Source of the DNA: Xanthomonas campestris pv. campestris str. ATCC 33913
Lineage (GTDB): Bacteria > Pseudomonadota > Gammaproteobacteria > Xanthomonadales > Xanthomonadaceae
NCBI RefSeq assembly: GCF_000007145.1
Contig: NC_003902.1
Span: 2,726,497 to 2,758,496 of the forward strand
Direction: 5' to 3'
Length of the DNA stretch: 32,000 nucleotides
This document shows, piece by piece, positions 1 through 8,736 of this stretch (its first letter is position 1; every line of letters begins with the position of its first letter). The notes under the pieces are model-generated. The model was not told the DNA's origin, ran no database searches, and saw nothing but the letters and a program-made list of their open reading frames with translations. The translations under genes were made by a program, and so were the position numbers.

Positions 1-428
1 ACCAGAATATGCGGCGGCACGCGCCGCGCCTGGGCCCGCTCGCGCTGCGGCGTGTCGCCGGTGCGCACCGCCGTACGCACCGGCACATCGGGCAGGCCCT
101 GCGCGAGCAACTCCGCACGGATGCCGTGCAGTGGCGCCTCCAGATTCAGATGGATGTCGTTGGACAAGGCCTTGAGCGGCGAGACGTAGATCACCCGCGT
201 TTGGTCCGGCAGCGCACCGCCCTGGGCCAGGCCGTCACGGATCAACGCGTCGATCGCTGCCAAGAACGCGGTAAGGGTCTTGCCGGAGCCGGTCGGCGCC
301 GCCACCAGGGTATGCCGCCCGGCCTTGATCGCCGGCCACGCGGCGATCTGCGCCGGGGTGGGCGCAGCAAAGGTACGCCCAAACCAGGCGGCGACCACGG
401 GATGAAAATGCTGCAGGACTGGATGCAT
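1..428 (-). CDS. DEAD/DEAH-box (Lhr-type) ATP-dependent helicase, N-terminal fragment; gene continues past the window start
   Basis: Absent from the ORF track because it is open at the window edge. My minus-strand translation from ATG (428..426) reads [63 protein letters not shown]... This shows a Q-motif-like PTPAQ plus Walker A APTGSGKT, as in Lhr/DEXH helicases. Confidence 0.8.
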   Translation of the reverse strand, partial: MHPVLQHFHPVVAAWFGRTFAAPTPAQIAAWPAIKAGRHTLVAAPTGSGKTLTAFLAAIDALIRDGLAQGGALPDQTRVIYVSPLKALSNDIHLNLEAPLHGIRAELLAQGLPDVPVRTAVRTGDTPQRERAQARRVPPHIL

Positions 429-823
429 GGGCGGGGCCCGAGGCGCACCAGGCAGGGCCGTGCGGCACTCGGTGTCGACAGGGGCAGAATCCTAGTGATG
501 GGGCTTTCCGACCGCCAGAACAAGCCAGCCGCCGTGGCCGCGGTGAATTGTTTAATGGCGACCACCGCAATCGCGCGGTGCTTGGGCACGCATGGCATAG
601 GCAAGCCAAGTCCCCTCGGTAAAGCGCAGTCCGCGGGTGCGCATCCTGCGAACACGCCGAATGCGTGAGCACACACGCCGGCTGCGCGCACCGCTCGCGC
701 TTGCCTGGCGACTGCGAGCGCTGTGATCACTGGCCTCGCGCCATCTGCACGCCACAGCACCGCAACGCTGCGGCCCGGCACCCGCGATTGTCCAGCGCCT
801 GCGCGGCATGGCACATTGTCGGC

Positions 824-1168
824 ATGCCCAGCCTGATTCTCTTCATGATTGCCGGCGCCGCGCTCTATGCGTTCTGGAACGCGTCGCGTGCCGCGGCCGA
901 ACGCGCCGAGGTGCTCGGCCGCAATGCCTGCCGTGCAGCCGATGTGCAATGGCTGGACCAGAGCGTGCACTCCACTAACCTGCGCATCTGCCGGATGCCC
1001 AACGGCTGGCTGGGATTTGAGCGCACGTTTCGCTTCGAGTATTCGCACGATGGCGTGGACCGCCACAGCGGCCGTCTGATCCTGCGCGGCGAGCAGCTGA
1101 TTGCCTTCACCGGCCCACAGGTAGCGACCGTGCGAGCCTTGCATCCGGAGCAACAGCGCCTGGAGTGA
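824..1168 (+). CDS. DUF3301-like small membrane protein
   Basis: ORF 665..1168 trimmed to the internal ATG at 824 (MPSLILFMIAGAALYAFWNASRAAAERAE...). It has an N-terminal TM helix and then the pattern ...ACRAADVQWLDQSV...FRFEYSHDG..H.G.L.L.G that I associate with DUF3301. The upstream 53 codons are Arg/Cys/His-rich and look non-coding. Confidence 0.65.
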   Translation: MPSLILFMIAGAALYAFWNASRAAAERAEVLGRNACRAADVQWLDQSVHSTNLRICRMPNGWLGFERTFRFEYSHDGVDRHSGRLILRGEQLIAFTGPQVATVRALHPEQQRLE

Positions 1169-1281
1169 TGGGCACTGATCCCGTAGCGGCGCTGGCTAGC
1201 TAGTGGCGTCACTGCACTAAAAACTCGTCAGCGCGCCGCGGCAGCAAGATCCGCCAAGACGTCGTGTGTCGCAACGACACA

Positions 1282-1614
1282 TCAAGCGCGCGAAGGCATG
1301 CCACCAGGCAGCGGCTCGTAACCATCTCCCCGGCCACTCAACCAACGCAGCTCCCGCTTGCCCTCCTGCCGCAGGTAGTCCTGCGCCAGTGCGAACAACG
1401 GCTGCGCCAGGTCAGCTTGCGTCAACAGGCGCAGCGTGCCGTTGGCCTCGATGTTGAGGAAATGCGCCTCTTCCGGCGTGTCGGTGTAGCTACGCGCAAT
1501 CAGACCGATCCCGCCATCCACGAAATGATAGATGTCGTACTCGTAGTCATACGCGTACTCGCCGGACGCATCCGGCGCGCTGCAATCGATGTGGCGGACG
1601 CGCGAGACCTGCAT
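1282..1614 (-). CDS. hypothetical small protein (about 110 aa, Tyr/Asp/Glu-rich N-terminus)
   Basis: ORF 1282..1803 trimmed to ATG at 1614, because the upstream part overlaps sspB in another frame. Third codon positions are strongly G/C, as in real genes of this genome. It lies 31 nt downstream of sspB on the same strand. I saw no recognisable domain and no clear Shine-Dalgarno. Confidence 0.5.
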   Translation of the reverse strand: MQVSRVRHIDCSAPDASGEYAYDYEYDIYHFVDGGIGLIARSYTDTPEEAHFLNIEANGTLRLLTQADLAQPLFALAQDYLRQEGKRELRWLSGRGDGYEPLPGGMPSRA

Positions 1615-1645
1615 CGGTGCAGTGCTCGGCAACGTCCGCGACCGC

Positions 1646-2089
1646 TTACTTGACCACGCGCAGGTGCGGGCGCTTGCCGGTGCTCGGCGGTTCGTCCGGT
1701 GGTGGCGGGCTCGGCGGTGACGGTGTACCGGGATCCGGCGGCTCGGTGCTGGTGCCCGGGATGTCATCCGGCAGTGCCATGCCCTGCCCGGTCTCGCGTG
1801 CATACACGGCCAGCACGGCCGGCATCGGCACCATCACCGGATAGCTCACGCCACCAAAGCGCGCGGTAAACCGCACGCTCTCGTTGTCGACATTCAGGCC
1901 AACCACGGCACGCTCGGCAATGTTCAGCACCACGCGGCCGTCCTTGACGGCACTGGCGGGCACCTGCACGCCGGGCAGCCCGGCATCGACCAGGATATGC
2001 GGCGTCATGCCGTTGTCGTTGATCCACTCCACTAAAGCCCGCAACAGATACGGGCGGTGGCTGGTCATGCGGGGGAAATCTTCGCTCAT
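1646..2089 (-). CDS. sspB: ClpXP protease specificity-enhancing factor SspB
   Basis: 147 aa. The N-terminal RPYLLRALVEWINDNGMTPHILVDA matches the SspB substrate-binding domain (E. coli RPYLLRAFYEWLLDNQLTPHLVVD). It has a Pro-rich linker and the C-terminal ClpX-tethering tail RPHLRVVK, and sits directly downstream of sspA. Confidence 0.9.
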   Translation of the reverse strand: MSEDFPRMTSHRPYLLRALVEWINDNGMTPHILVDAGLPGVQVPASAVKDGRVVLNIAERAVVGLNVDNESVRFTARFGGVSYPVMVPMPAVLAVYARETGQGMALPDDIPGTSTEPPDPGTPSPPSPPPPDEPPSTGKRPHLRVVK

Positions 2090-2167
2090 TGCGTCATTTT
2101 ACCCGCACACGACGCGCAGCGGCGGCGGTGCCATCGGAACTCGGTCTGTTGGCATACAGCCGCACCA

Positions 2168-2803
2168 TCAACCCGGCATGTCGCGCAGTTTCTTTTCCTG
2201 ATCGGTCAGGCTGCGGATGAAGCCGGGATTGCGGAAGATGCGGTTGCCATAATCCTCGATCGCCTTGCTGTCCTTGGGCAGGCTGATCTCCAGCGCATCC
2301 AGCCGCCAGATGATTGGCGCCATCGCGCAATCGGCCAGGCTCATTTCAGGATTGAGGAAGAACTTGCTGGCCTTGAACAACGGCACCGAGGCGGTCAGCA
2401 GTTCCTTCAGGCGCTTGCGCCCGGCTTCGGCCTGGGTCTTGTTGCCCAGCTGGATCGCCTGCACCTGCGGCACCCAATCGTGCTCGATGCGCAGCATCGC
2501 CAGACGCAGGCGCGCACGCGACAACGGGTCGACCGGCATCAGTGGCGGATGCGGGTAGCGTTCGTCGAGGTATTCGCTGACCACCGAGGCGGCGTAGAGC
2601 ACCAGGTCGCGTTCGACCAGGGTCGGCACCGAGTGGTAAGGATTGAGATCGATCAGATCTTCCGGAGGATTCTGCGGGTCGACTGACACCAGGTCGTAGG
2701 TCACCCCTTTTGCCGCCAGGACCAGTCGGACCCGGTGGCACAACACATCATCGTTGGACGAAAACAAAGTCAAGGTATTCCGCATACGCACACTCGTCGC
2801 CAT
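2168..2803 (-). CDS. sspA: stringent starvation protein A (GST-fold RNA polymerase-associated protein)
   Basis: 211 aa. LTLFSS..CHRVRLVLAAKGV...PPEDLIDLNPYHSVPTLVERDL.L..S..V.EYLDERYPHPPLMP is nearly collinear with E. coli SspA. The sspA-sspB pair downstream of petABC is a conserved arrangement. Confidence 0.95.
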   Translation of the reverse strand: MATSVRMRNTLTLFSSNDDVLCHRVRLVLAAKGVTYDLVSVDPQNPPEDLIDLNPYHSVPTLVERDLVLYAASVVSEYLDERYPHPPLMPVDPLSRARLRLAMLRIEHDWVPQVQAIQLGNKTQAEAGRKRLKELLTASVPLFKASKFFLNPEMSLADCAMAPIIWRLDALEISLPKDSKAIEDYGNRIFRNPGFIRSLTDQEKKLRDMPG

Positions 2804-2829
2804 TCAAGGCTCTCCGACGACCGGAATCC

Positions 2830-2853
2830 GCCGGCCGCATCGGTGCGGCCGGC
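2830..2853 (-). terminator. GC-rich hairpin between petC and sspA (possible pet operon terminator or RNA stabiliser, no U-tract)
   Basis: Perfect 10-bp stem GCCGGCCGCA / TGCGGCCGGC with a 4-nt loop (TCGG). It lies 116 nt downstream of the petC stop and 27 nt upstream of the sspA ATG. No T-run follows it, so intrinsic termination is uncertain. Confidence 0.3.
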
Positions 2854-2968
2854 CCAACGCCGACCGTCACCACGGTCCATCGAGTGTGCAATCACGTCAC
2901 GCAAAAGCCAATAGTGCTAAGGACACGGTCGCCGCACTGGCGGCGCCGTATCCGGCTTTTGGGCGTGA

Positions 2969-3727
2969 TCAGTGCACGTCCTTCCAGTATTCCTTCTTCA
3001 GCAGATACGCGATGAAGGTGAGCAGGGCCAGGAACAGGATCACCCACACGCCCATGCTCTGCCGCTTGAGCGCTGCAGGCTCGCCGGCGTACTCCAGGAA
3101 GTTGGCGATGTCGCGCACGGTCTGATCGAATTCCACCGGCGTCTGCCGCCCCGGCTGGCCGAGCTTCAATGCCTGCACCGGGCGATCGCCGGTGGCCTTG
3201 TCCGGTGGGCCGAACTGCGCCTGTTGCAGGCCTTGCAGCTCCCACAGCGGGTTGGGCATGGAGGCATTGGGGAACAGTTGATTGTTCCAGCCCAGCGGAC
3301 GGGTCTGATCCAGATAGAACGACTTGAGGTAGGTGTAGACCCAGTCGGTGCCACGCACGCGTGCAATCAGGGTCAGATCCGGCGGCGCCTTGCCGAACCA
3401 CTTGGTGGCCGCATCGTGCGGCATGGTGCCTTCGATGTGTTCGCCCACCTTGGCGCCGGTGAAATTGAGGTTGGCCATGACTTCGGCCTCGCTCAACCCC
3501 AGGTCGCTGGCCATGCGCGAGTAGCGCAGATATTTCAGCGAGTGGCAGCCGGAGCAGTAGTTCATGAACAACTGCGCGCCGCGCTGCAGCGATGCGCGGT
3601 CGCCCAGGTCGTTGCCGGCCTGTTGCACCGCCCCGCCCTCTGCCGCCAGCGCACCGCCGGCAAACAGCACACCACACAGCAAGGCGACCACGTGCGACTT
3701 CCATGACCTCACGATGGGCTTAGTCAT
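2969..3727 (-). CDS. petC: ubiquinol-cytochrome c reductase, cytochrome c1 subunit
   Basis: 252 aa with a signal peptide, heme-binding CSGCHS (CxxCH) and a C-terminal TM anchor (VWVILFLALLTFIAYLL). It overlaps petB by 8 nt. Confidence 0.95.
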   Translation of the reverse strand: MTKPIVRSWKSHVVALLCGVLFAGGALAAEGGAVQQAGNDLGDRASLQRGAQLFMNYCSGCHSLKYLRYSRMASDLGLSEAEVMANLNFTGAKVGEHIEGTMPHDAATKWFGKAPPDLTLIARVRGTDWVYTYLKSFYLDQTRPLGWNNQLFPNASMPNPLWELQGLQQAQFGPPDKATGDRPVQALKLGQPGRQTPVEFDQTVRDIANFLEYAGEPAALKRQSMGVWVILFLALLTFIAYLLKKEYWKDVH

Positions 3728-4979
3728 GTGTGGTCACCCGCTCCGGTACCGGTTTGGTTTTGTCCAGCCGCGTCCACACCGGCATGGTGATGAAGAACGC
3801 GAAGTACAGGAAGGTCAGCACGCGCCCGACGTAGGTTTCGTGCGCATCGGTGCCGGGACCGGAACCGATCACGCCCAGCCACACGAAGCACACCACCAAC
3901 ACGGCCAGCGCCACCTTGGAGATCCAGCCGCGGTAGCGGATCGAACGCACCTTGGCGCGATCCAGCCAGGGCACCAGGAACAGGATGGCGATCGCCGAGA
4001 ACATCACCAGCACGCCGCCGAGCTTGTTGGGCACCACCCGCAACATCGCGTAGTACGGCGTGTAGTACCACACCGGCTTGATGTGCTCCGGCGTCACCAG
4101 GCGATTGGCCTCGGTGAAGTTGTCATGCTCCAGGAACAAGCCGCCGAAGGCCGGCGCAAAGAAGATGATGAAGGCAGCGATCACCAACAGGAAGCCGACG
4201 CCGACCAGATCCTTGACCGTGTAATACGGATGGAACGGAATGCCATCGGCCGGCTTGTGCGCATCCCAGCGGTTGCCCTTGGGCCCCTTCTTGATATCCA
4301 CGCCGTCGGGGTTGTTGGAGCCCACTTCATGCAGCGCGCCCAGGTGCAGCACGATCAGCAACAGCAGCACCAGCGGCAACGCGATCACGTGCAACGCGAA
4401 GAAGCGGTTGAGCGTGGCGTCGCCGGGCAGGTAATCGCCCATGATCCATTCGGTCAGCCCATTGCCGATCACCGGAATGGCGCCGAACAACGAGATGATC
4501 ACCTTCGCGCCCCAGAACGACATCTGGCCCCAGGGCAGGACGTAGCCCATGAAGGCTTCGGCCATCAGCACCAGGTAGATCAGCATGCCCAGGATCCACA
4601 CCAGTTCGCGCGGCTTCTGGTAACTGCCGTACATCAGGCCGCGGAACATGTGCAGGTACACCACGATGAAGAACAGCGAGGCGCCGGTGCTGTGCATGTA
4701 GCGGATCAGCCAGCCCCACTCCACGTCACGCATGATGTATTCGATCGACGCGAAGGCATCGGCGGCGCTGGTCTTGTAGTGCATCGTCAGGAAGATGCCG
4801 GTGACGATCTGGTTGACCAGCACCACCATCGCCAGTGAACCGAAGTAGTACCAGATGTTGAAATTCTTCGGCGCGTAATACTCGCTGACATGCTTGCGAT
4901 ACACCGGCATCAGGCCGGGCGCGCGTTCGTTGACCCACTCGAACACGCCGTTGGCGGTGCGAACCAGGATATTGCTCAT
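3720..4979 (-). CDS. petB: ubiquinol-cytochrome c reductase, cytochrome b subunit
   Basis: 419 aa polytopic protein with typical cytochrome b motifs (YYAPKNFNIWYYFGSL, WGWLIRYMHSTGAS, PWGQMSFWGA, PEWY-like KPVWYY). TGATG overlap with petA. Confidence 0.97.
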   Translation of the reverse strand: MSNILVRTANGVFEWVNERAPGLMPVYRKHVSEYYAPKNFNIWYYFGSLAMVVLVNQIVTGIFLTMHYKTSAADAFASIEYIMRDVEWGWLIRYMHSTGASLFFIVVYLHMFRGLMYGSYQKPRELVWILGMLIYLVLMAEAFMGYVLPWGQMSFWGAKVIISLFGAIPVIGNGLTEWIMGDYLPGDATLNRFFALHVIALPLVLLLLIVLHLGALHEVGSNNPDGVDIKKGPKGNRWDAHKPADGIPFHPYYTVKDLVGVGFLLVIAAFIIFFAPAFGGLFLEHDNFTEANRLVTPEHIKPVWYYTPYYAMLRVVPNKLGGVLVMFSAIAILFLVPWLDRAKVRSIRYRGWISKVALAVLVVCFVWLGVIGSGPGTDAHETYVGRVLTFLYFAFFITMPVWTRLDKTKPVPERVTTHD

Positions 4980-5623
4980 CAGGCAGCCCCCGTGCTGTTG
5001 GCCGGCTTGCCGGCTGCGTCCGGATCGACGCCGATCACCAGCGTGTTGTCATCGACATAGTGGTGTGGGGGCACCAGCAGATTGATCGGTGCCGGCACGC
5101 CATCGAAGACGCGACCGGACATGTCGAAGCGCGACTTGTGGCATGGGCAGAAATAGCCGCCCTTCCACTGCGGGTCGTAGGGCTCGGGCCGGATCTCGGC
5201 CACCATCTCCGGCGAGCACCCCAGGTGCGTGCACAGGCCGACCAGGACCGAGATGTCGGACTTGATCGAGCGGTACTCGGGGTTCTTCAGCACGTAGTCC
5301 GGCTGCTGGTCCTTGTTCTCGGACTTTGGATCCTTGAGCCGGTCGTCCAGGGACGGCAATGCATCGAGCATCGCCTTGGACCGCTTGACGATCCAGATCG
5401 GTTGGCCGCGCCACTCCAGGATCAGCCGCTGGCCTTCCTGCAAGGCGCTGATGTCGGCGGTCACCGGTGCGCCGGCCAACTTGGCACGTGCACTGGGATT
5501 CCACGACTTCACGAACGGGACTGCGAGAAAACCTGCTCCGACCGCACCGACCACGGCGGTTGTCGCGGTCAAAAACCGACGACGTCCTGTGTCGGCAGGT
5601 GCGTTAACCCCATCGTTGGCCAT
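4979..5623 (-). CDS. petA: ubiquinol-cytochrome c reductase, Rieske iron-sulfur subunit
   Basis: 214 aa with a Tat-like RRRFLT N-terminus and Rieske boxes CTHLGC and CPCHKS. GGAGAG Shine-Dalgarno upstream of the ATG. Confidence 0.97.
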   Translation of the reverse strand: MANDGVNAPADTGRRRFLTATTAVVGAVGAGFLAVPFVKSWNPSARAKLAGAPVTADISALQEGQRLILEWRGQPIWIVKRSKAMLDALPSLDDRLKDPKSENKDQQPDYVLKNPEYRSIKSDISVLVGLCTHLGCSPEMVAEIRPEPYDPQWKGGYFCPCHKSRFDMSGRVFDGVPAPINLLVPPHHYVDDNTLVIGVDPDAAGKPANSTGAA

Positions 5624-5986
5624 CCGGCTCTCCGATCTTGATTAGGTAGCGTGAGGCTGCCAGCGGCTGGCGGGGGGTCCAGCCGCGATGAATCGACCGC
5701 AGTGTAGCGGAACGCTTAATGCACAGACAATGCAATGTACGCAGTCGGGCATGCGCGATGCAAACCCTCTCGTGCAATGGCATGCAGGCGGGTATGGCAG
5801 CAGCACACCCGCGTGGGCCGCGTGCGTGATGCAGTCCATGAAACCGCGCAGCTCAAGGCGCGGCGCGCGGCGATGCAGGCATGGCCGGAACAGCGCGCAT
5901 GCAGGCAGCACACGCGTGCAATCGCATTGCACTGCATCATTGGGCATCCGTGTCGTGCAGCGTGCGTGCTTGTACGCAGGGGCGCA

Positions 5987-6955
5987 CTAATTGGCGGTGG
6001 AGGCCTGCCCGCGGTAGCGGCCAGCCAGCAGGCCGACGCGTTGCACGTAGCGCTGGGTCTCGCTGTAGGGCGGCACGCCACCATAACGATCCACCGCACC
6101 CTCGCCCGCGTTGTACCCGGCAGCGGCCAGGGTGAGATCGCCGTTGAAACGCTTCAAGAGCCACGACAGGTATTGCACGCCGCCGCGGATGTTCTGCCCC
6201 GCATCGTAGGCATCGCTGACCCCGAACCTGCGCGCGGTGCCCGGCATCAGCTGCATCAGACCTTGTGCGCCGGCGCGGCTCAAGGCCAGCGGGTCATACG
6301 CGGATTCGGCATGGATGATCGCGCGCACGATCGACTCTTCGACCCCGAACTCGCGCGCGGCGGCAGCGATCTCCTGCTGGTAGGCACTGGTATTGAGCCG
6401 GATCGCCCCGAAGTTGACGCCCGGCTTGGCGCCACAGGCGTAGCAGGTCTCGATGAAGCTGTAATGGATGGTGCGCAGGCCTTCGATGCTGGCCACCTGG
6501 CGCGGGCGCGCACTGGTGTAGTGCCGCACGCCGTCCTTCATATACGAATACACCTGGCCGCTGACCACCCGGCGCGGGTTGACTGCAGCCGCTGCCGGCA
6601 GTGGCGCGATGGCGCTCTCGGACACTGGCATGCTGCGGCCCGCCGGCACCGGCGCGCTGGCGACCTCGGCCGTGCGGCGTGCGGTGACCGGCACGCTGAT
6701 GATGGTGGCCGGGGCACCGCTGTTGATGTCGGGCACAGCACGCGCCGGGCTGGCGGCCAGGCGAGCAGACGACCGGCTGGCCGAGCGGTCTGGGGTGTAC
6801 TGGCTGATGATGCTGCAGGTGGCGCCGCTCTGGCGCTTGCTGACGTAACTGGCAATGCCATCGGCGCTGACACACTTGTACAGCGTGCCGGCGCTGGCGG
6901 GCGCAGCCGCCAAAGTGACAAACAAGAGCCCCAGTATTCTTGACATCCCCTTCAT
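5987..6955 (-). CDS. secreted lytic murein transglycosylase (DUF4124-like N-terminal motifs + SLT domain)
   Basis: ORF 5987..7912 trimmed to ATG 6955 (MKGMSRILGLLFVTLAAAPASA signal peptide). It has two YK/YS..DG...Y(S/T) DUF4124-like motifs. The C-terminal SLT signature is AIIHAESAYDPLALSRAGAQGLMQLMP...AYNAGEGAV. The upstream 319 codons of the track ORF overlap the regulator gene in another frame. Confidence 0.85.
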   Translation of the reverse strand: MKGMSRILGLLFVTLAAAPASAGTLYKCVSADGIASYVSKRQSGATCSIISQYTPDRSASRSSARLAASPARAVPDINSGAPATIISVPVTARRTAEVASAPVPAGRSMPVSESAIAPLPAAAAVNPRRVVSGQVYSYMKDGVRHYTSARPRQVASIEGLRTIHYSFIETCYACGAKPGVNFGAIRLNTSAYQQEIAAAAREFGVEESIVRAIIHAESAYDPLALSRAGAQGLMQLMPGTARRFGVSDAYDAGQNIRGGVQYLSWLLKRFNGDLTLAAAGYNAGEGAVDRYGGVPPYSETQRYVQRVGLLAGRYRGQASTAN

Positions 6956-7971
6956 GCGGCGGAGTGTCCCAGCTTGCCCGGCACTTGCCAAGTGTCCTCG
7001 CCGGTGCTTGCCGGCAAGTGCTCCAGCCGGGTCCGCAGCTGCGTCAGCGCCTCGCACAACGGGGCGCGCAGGTGATCTGGCGCGAGCGCCTCGAACGGCT
7101 CCTCGAGCAGCAACAGGTTGGCCGCCAATGCCGGCAGGCTGGGCGCGCCCAGGCCCAGCCAGCAGTGGTCGGTGCCGTCCGCCTCCAGCGCGCCCAGCCA
7201 GGGCGGTACGCGGGCGGCCAGTTCCTGCAGGCTGCCGCGCAGGCGCACCCGGGCCCGATGCGGAAACGGCGCCTCGCCGATCGCCTTGCGCAGCAGCTGC
7301 AATGGCTCGTCTGGCAGCGCGCGGGCTTGCGCCTGCATGCCGGTGGGCTGGGCCTGATCGATGCGGTCCGCGCGCAGGGTGCGCCAATCCTGGCGTTCGC
7401 AATCCCAGGCCAGCAGGTACCAGCGGCGTCCGTAGTTCACCAGCAGGGCTGGCACGACCCGGCGGCGGATCTGCTCGCCGGAATGGCGCCGGTACTCCAG
7501 CTGCAAGGTGGTGCGATCGCGGCAGGCCCCGGCCAGCAGGGTCAGCATCGACGCGTCCACCAGGCTGCCTGGCGCGGCGGTGGGCAGGCTGGCCATGGCG
7601 GCATGCGCGGCGCTGGCGCGTTGCTGGTGGCGGCGCGGCAGCAGTGGATCGAGCTTGGTCAGCACGCGCGCGGCCGCGTCGTCCAGGCCAGCAATGGCCG
7701 GCGCGGCCGCGCGCAGCGCGATGGCCACAGTCAGCGCTTCGTCTTCTTCGAACAGCAGCGGCAAGGCCGCCGCGCCGTGCCCCAGCCGGTAGCCGCCGCC
7801 GGTGCCGGATACCGCGCGGATCGGGTAGCCCAGCTCGCGCAACCGCTCCATATCGCGGCGCACGCTGCGCGGGTGAATCCCCAGGCGCTCGGCGAGAGCC
7901 GCGCCCGGCCAATCCCGCCCGTTCTGCATGAGCGCGATCAGACGAAGCAGGCGGGCTGCGGTGGAGGCCAT
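6952..7971 (-). CDS. YafY-family transcriptional regulator (N-terminal HTH + WYL domain)
   Basis: 339 aa. N-terminal HTH: RLLRLIALMQNGRDWPGAALAERLGIHPRSVRRDMERLRELGYPI. Central WYL-type core: LQLEYRRHSGEQIRRRVVPALLVNYGRRWYLLAWDCERQDWRTLRADRI. The stop overlaps the downstream ATG (ATGA). Confidence 0.85.
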   Translation of the reverse strand: MASTAARLLRLIALMQNGRDWPGAALAERLGIHPRSVRRDMERLRELGYPIRAVSGTGGGYRLGHGAAALPLLFEEDEALTVAIALRAAAPAIAGLDDAAARVLTKLDPLLPRRHQQRASAAHAAMASLPTAAPGSLVDASMLTLLAGACRDRTTLQLEYRRHSGEQIRRRVVPALLVNYGRRWYLLAWDCERQDWRTLRADRIDQAQPTGMQAQARALPDEPLQLLRKAIGEAPFPHRARVRLRGSLQELAARVPPWLGALEADGTDHCWLGLGAPSLPALAANLLLLEEPFEALAPDHLRAPLCEALTQLRTRLEHLPASTGEDTWQVPGKLGHSAA

Positions 7972-7983
7972 GCCGGCACCGTA

Positions 7984-8006
7984 TTGCGGACGGAAACTGT
8001 CCGCAA
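7984..8006. promoter_or_regulatory. candidate operator: perfect 8-bp inverted repeat TTGCGGAC-N7-GTCCGCAA in the divergent regulator/GST promoter region
   Basis: Read directly from the sequence. It sits 13 nt upstream of the regulator ATG (7971) and 50 nt upstream of the GST ATG (8056), the usual place for an autoregulatory operator. Confidence 0.4.
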
Positions 8007-8055
8007 GTACTCAGTAGGCTGCATGTCTCGCCTTCCTTCCAGCCAGGAGCTTCCG

Positions 8056-8670
8056 ATGCATAGCGACCGCCACATCACCTTGTTCCACAATCCGCAATCG
8101 CGCTCGCGCGGAGTCCTGGTGCTGCTGGAGGAACTGGGCGCCGACTACAGCCTGCAGCGGCTGGATCTGGAGCGCGGCGACCAGCGCGATGCCGCGTTCC
8201 TGGCGATCAACCCGATGGGCAAGATTCCCGCGATCACGCACGGCAACAGCGTGGTGACCGAACAGGCGGCGATCTACCAATACCTGGCCGAGCTGTACCC
8301 GGACGCCGGGCTGTCGCCTGCGCCGGGCGACCCGGACCGCGGCGCCTATTTGCGCTGGCTGGCGTTCTACGGCTCGGCTTTCGAGCCGGCCCTGATCGAC
8401 AAGGCCATGAAGCGCGATGCACCGCCACGCTCGCTATCGCCATGGGCAGACTTCCCCACCGTGCTGGCGGTGGTGGATGCCCAGCTGGCCAAGGGCGACT
8501 ATCTGCTCGGCGCGCGTTGTTCCGCCGCCGACGTGCTGTGGGGCAGCGCGCTGGGCTGGATGGCCGGCTTCAAGATGATCGACCCACCTGCCCCGACCCT
8601 GGCCTACATCGCACGCATGGCCGCGCGGCCAGCGGTGGCGCGGGCCGCGGCGGTCGATGCCGGCGCCTGA
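8056..8670 (+). CDS. glutathione S-transferase family protein
   Basis: ORF 6940..8670 trimmed to ATG 8056, which is preceded by AGGAG at 5-nt spacing. The 204 aa product has a thioredoxin-like N-terminus (ITLFHNPQSRSRGVLVLLEELG...INPMGKIPAI) and a helical GST C-domain. Confidence 0.85.
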   Translation: MHSDRHITLFHNPQSRSRGVLVLLEELGADYSLQRLDLERGDQRDAAFLAINPMGKIPAITHGNSVVTEQAAIYQYLAELYPDAGLSPAPGDPDRGAYLRWLAFYGSAFEPALIDKAMKRDAPPRSLSPWADFPTVLAVVDAQLAKGDYLLGARCSAADVLWGSALGWMAGFKMIDPPAPTLAYIARMAARPAVARAAAVDAGA

Positions 8671-8736
8671 CCGCCACCGGGGCGGCGTGAGCGGGTAAAC
8701 TGCGCGGCTATCTTCTACCCGCCTGGAATAAGCGCC

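Noticed and set aside
6956-7912. N-terminal 319-codon extension of the lytic transglycosylase ORF (track ORF 5987..7912)
   Set aside because: The extension overlaps the WYL regulator gene in a different frame and is Pro/Arg/Ala/Gly-rich. A proper signal peptide starts at the internal ATG 6955, which overlaps the regulator stop.
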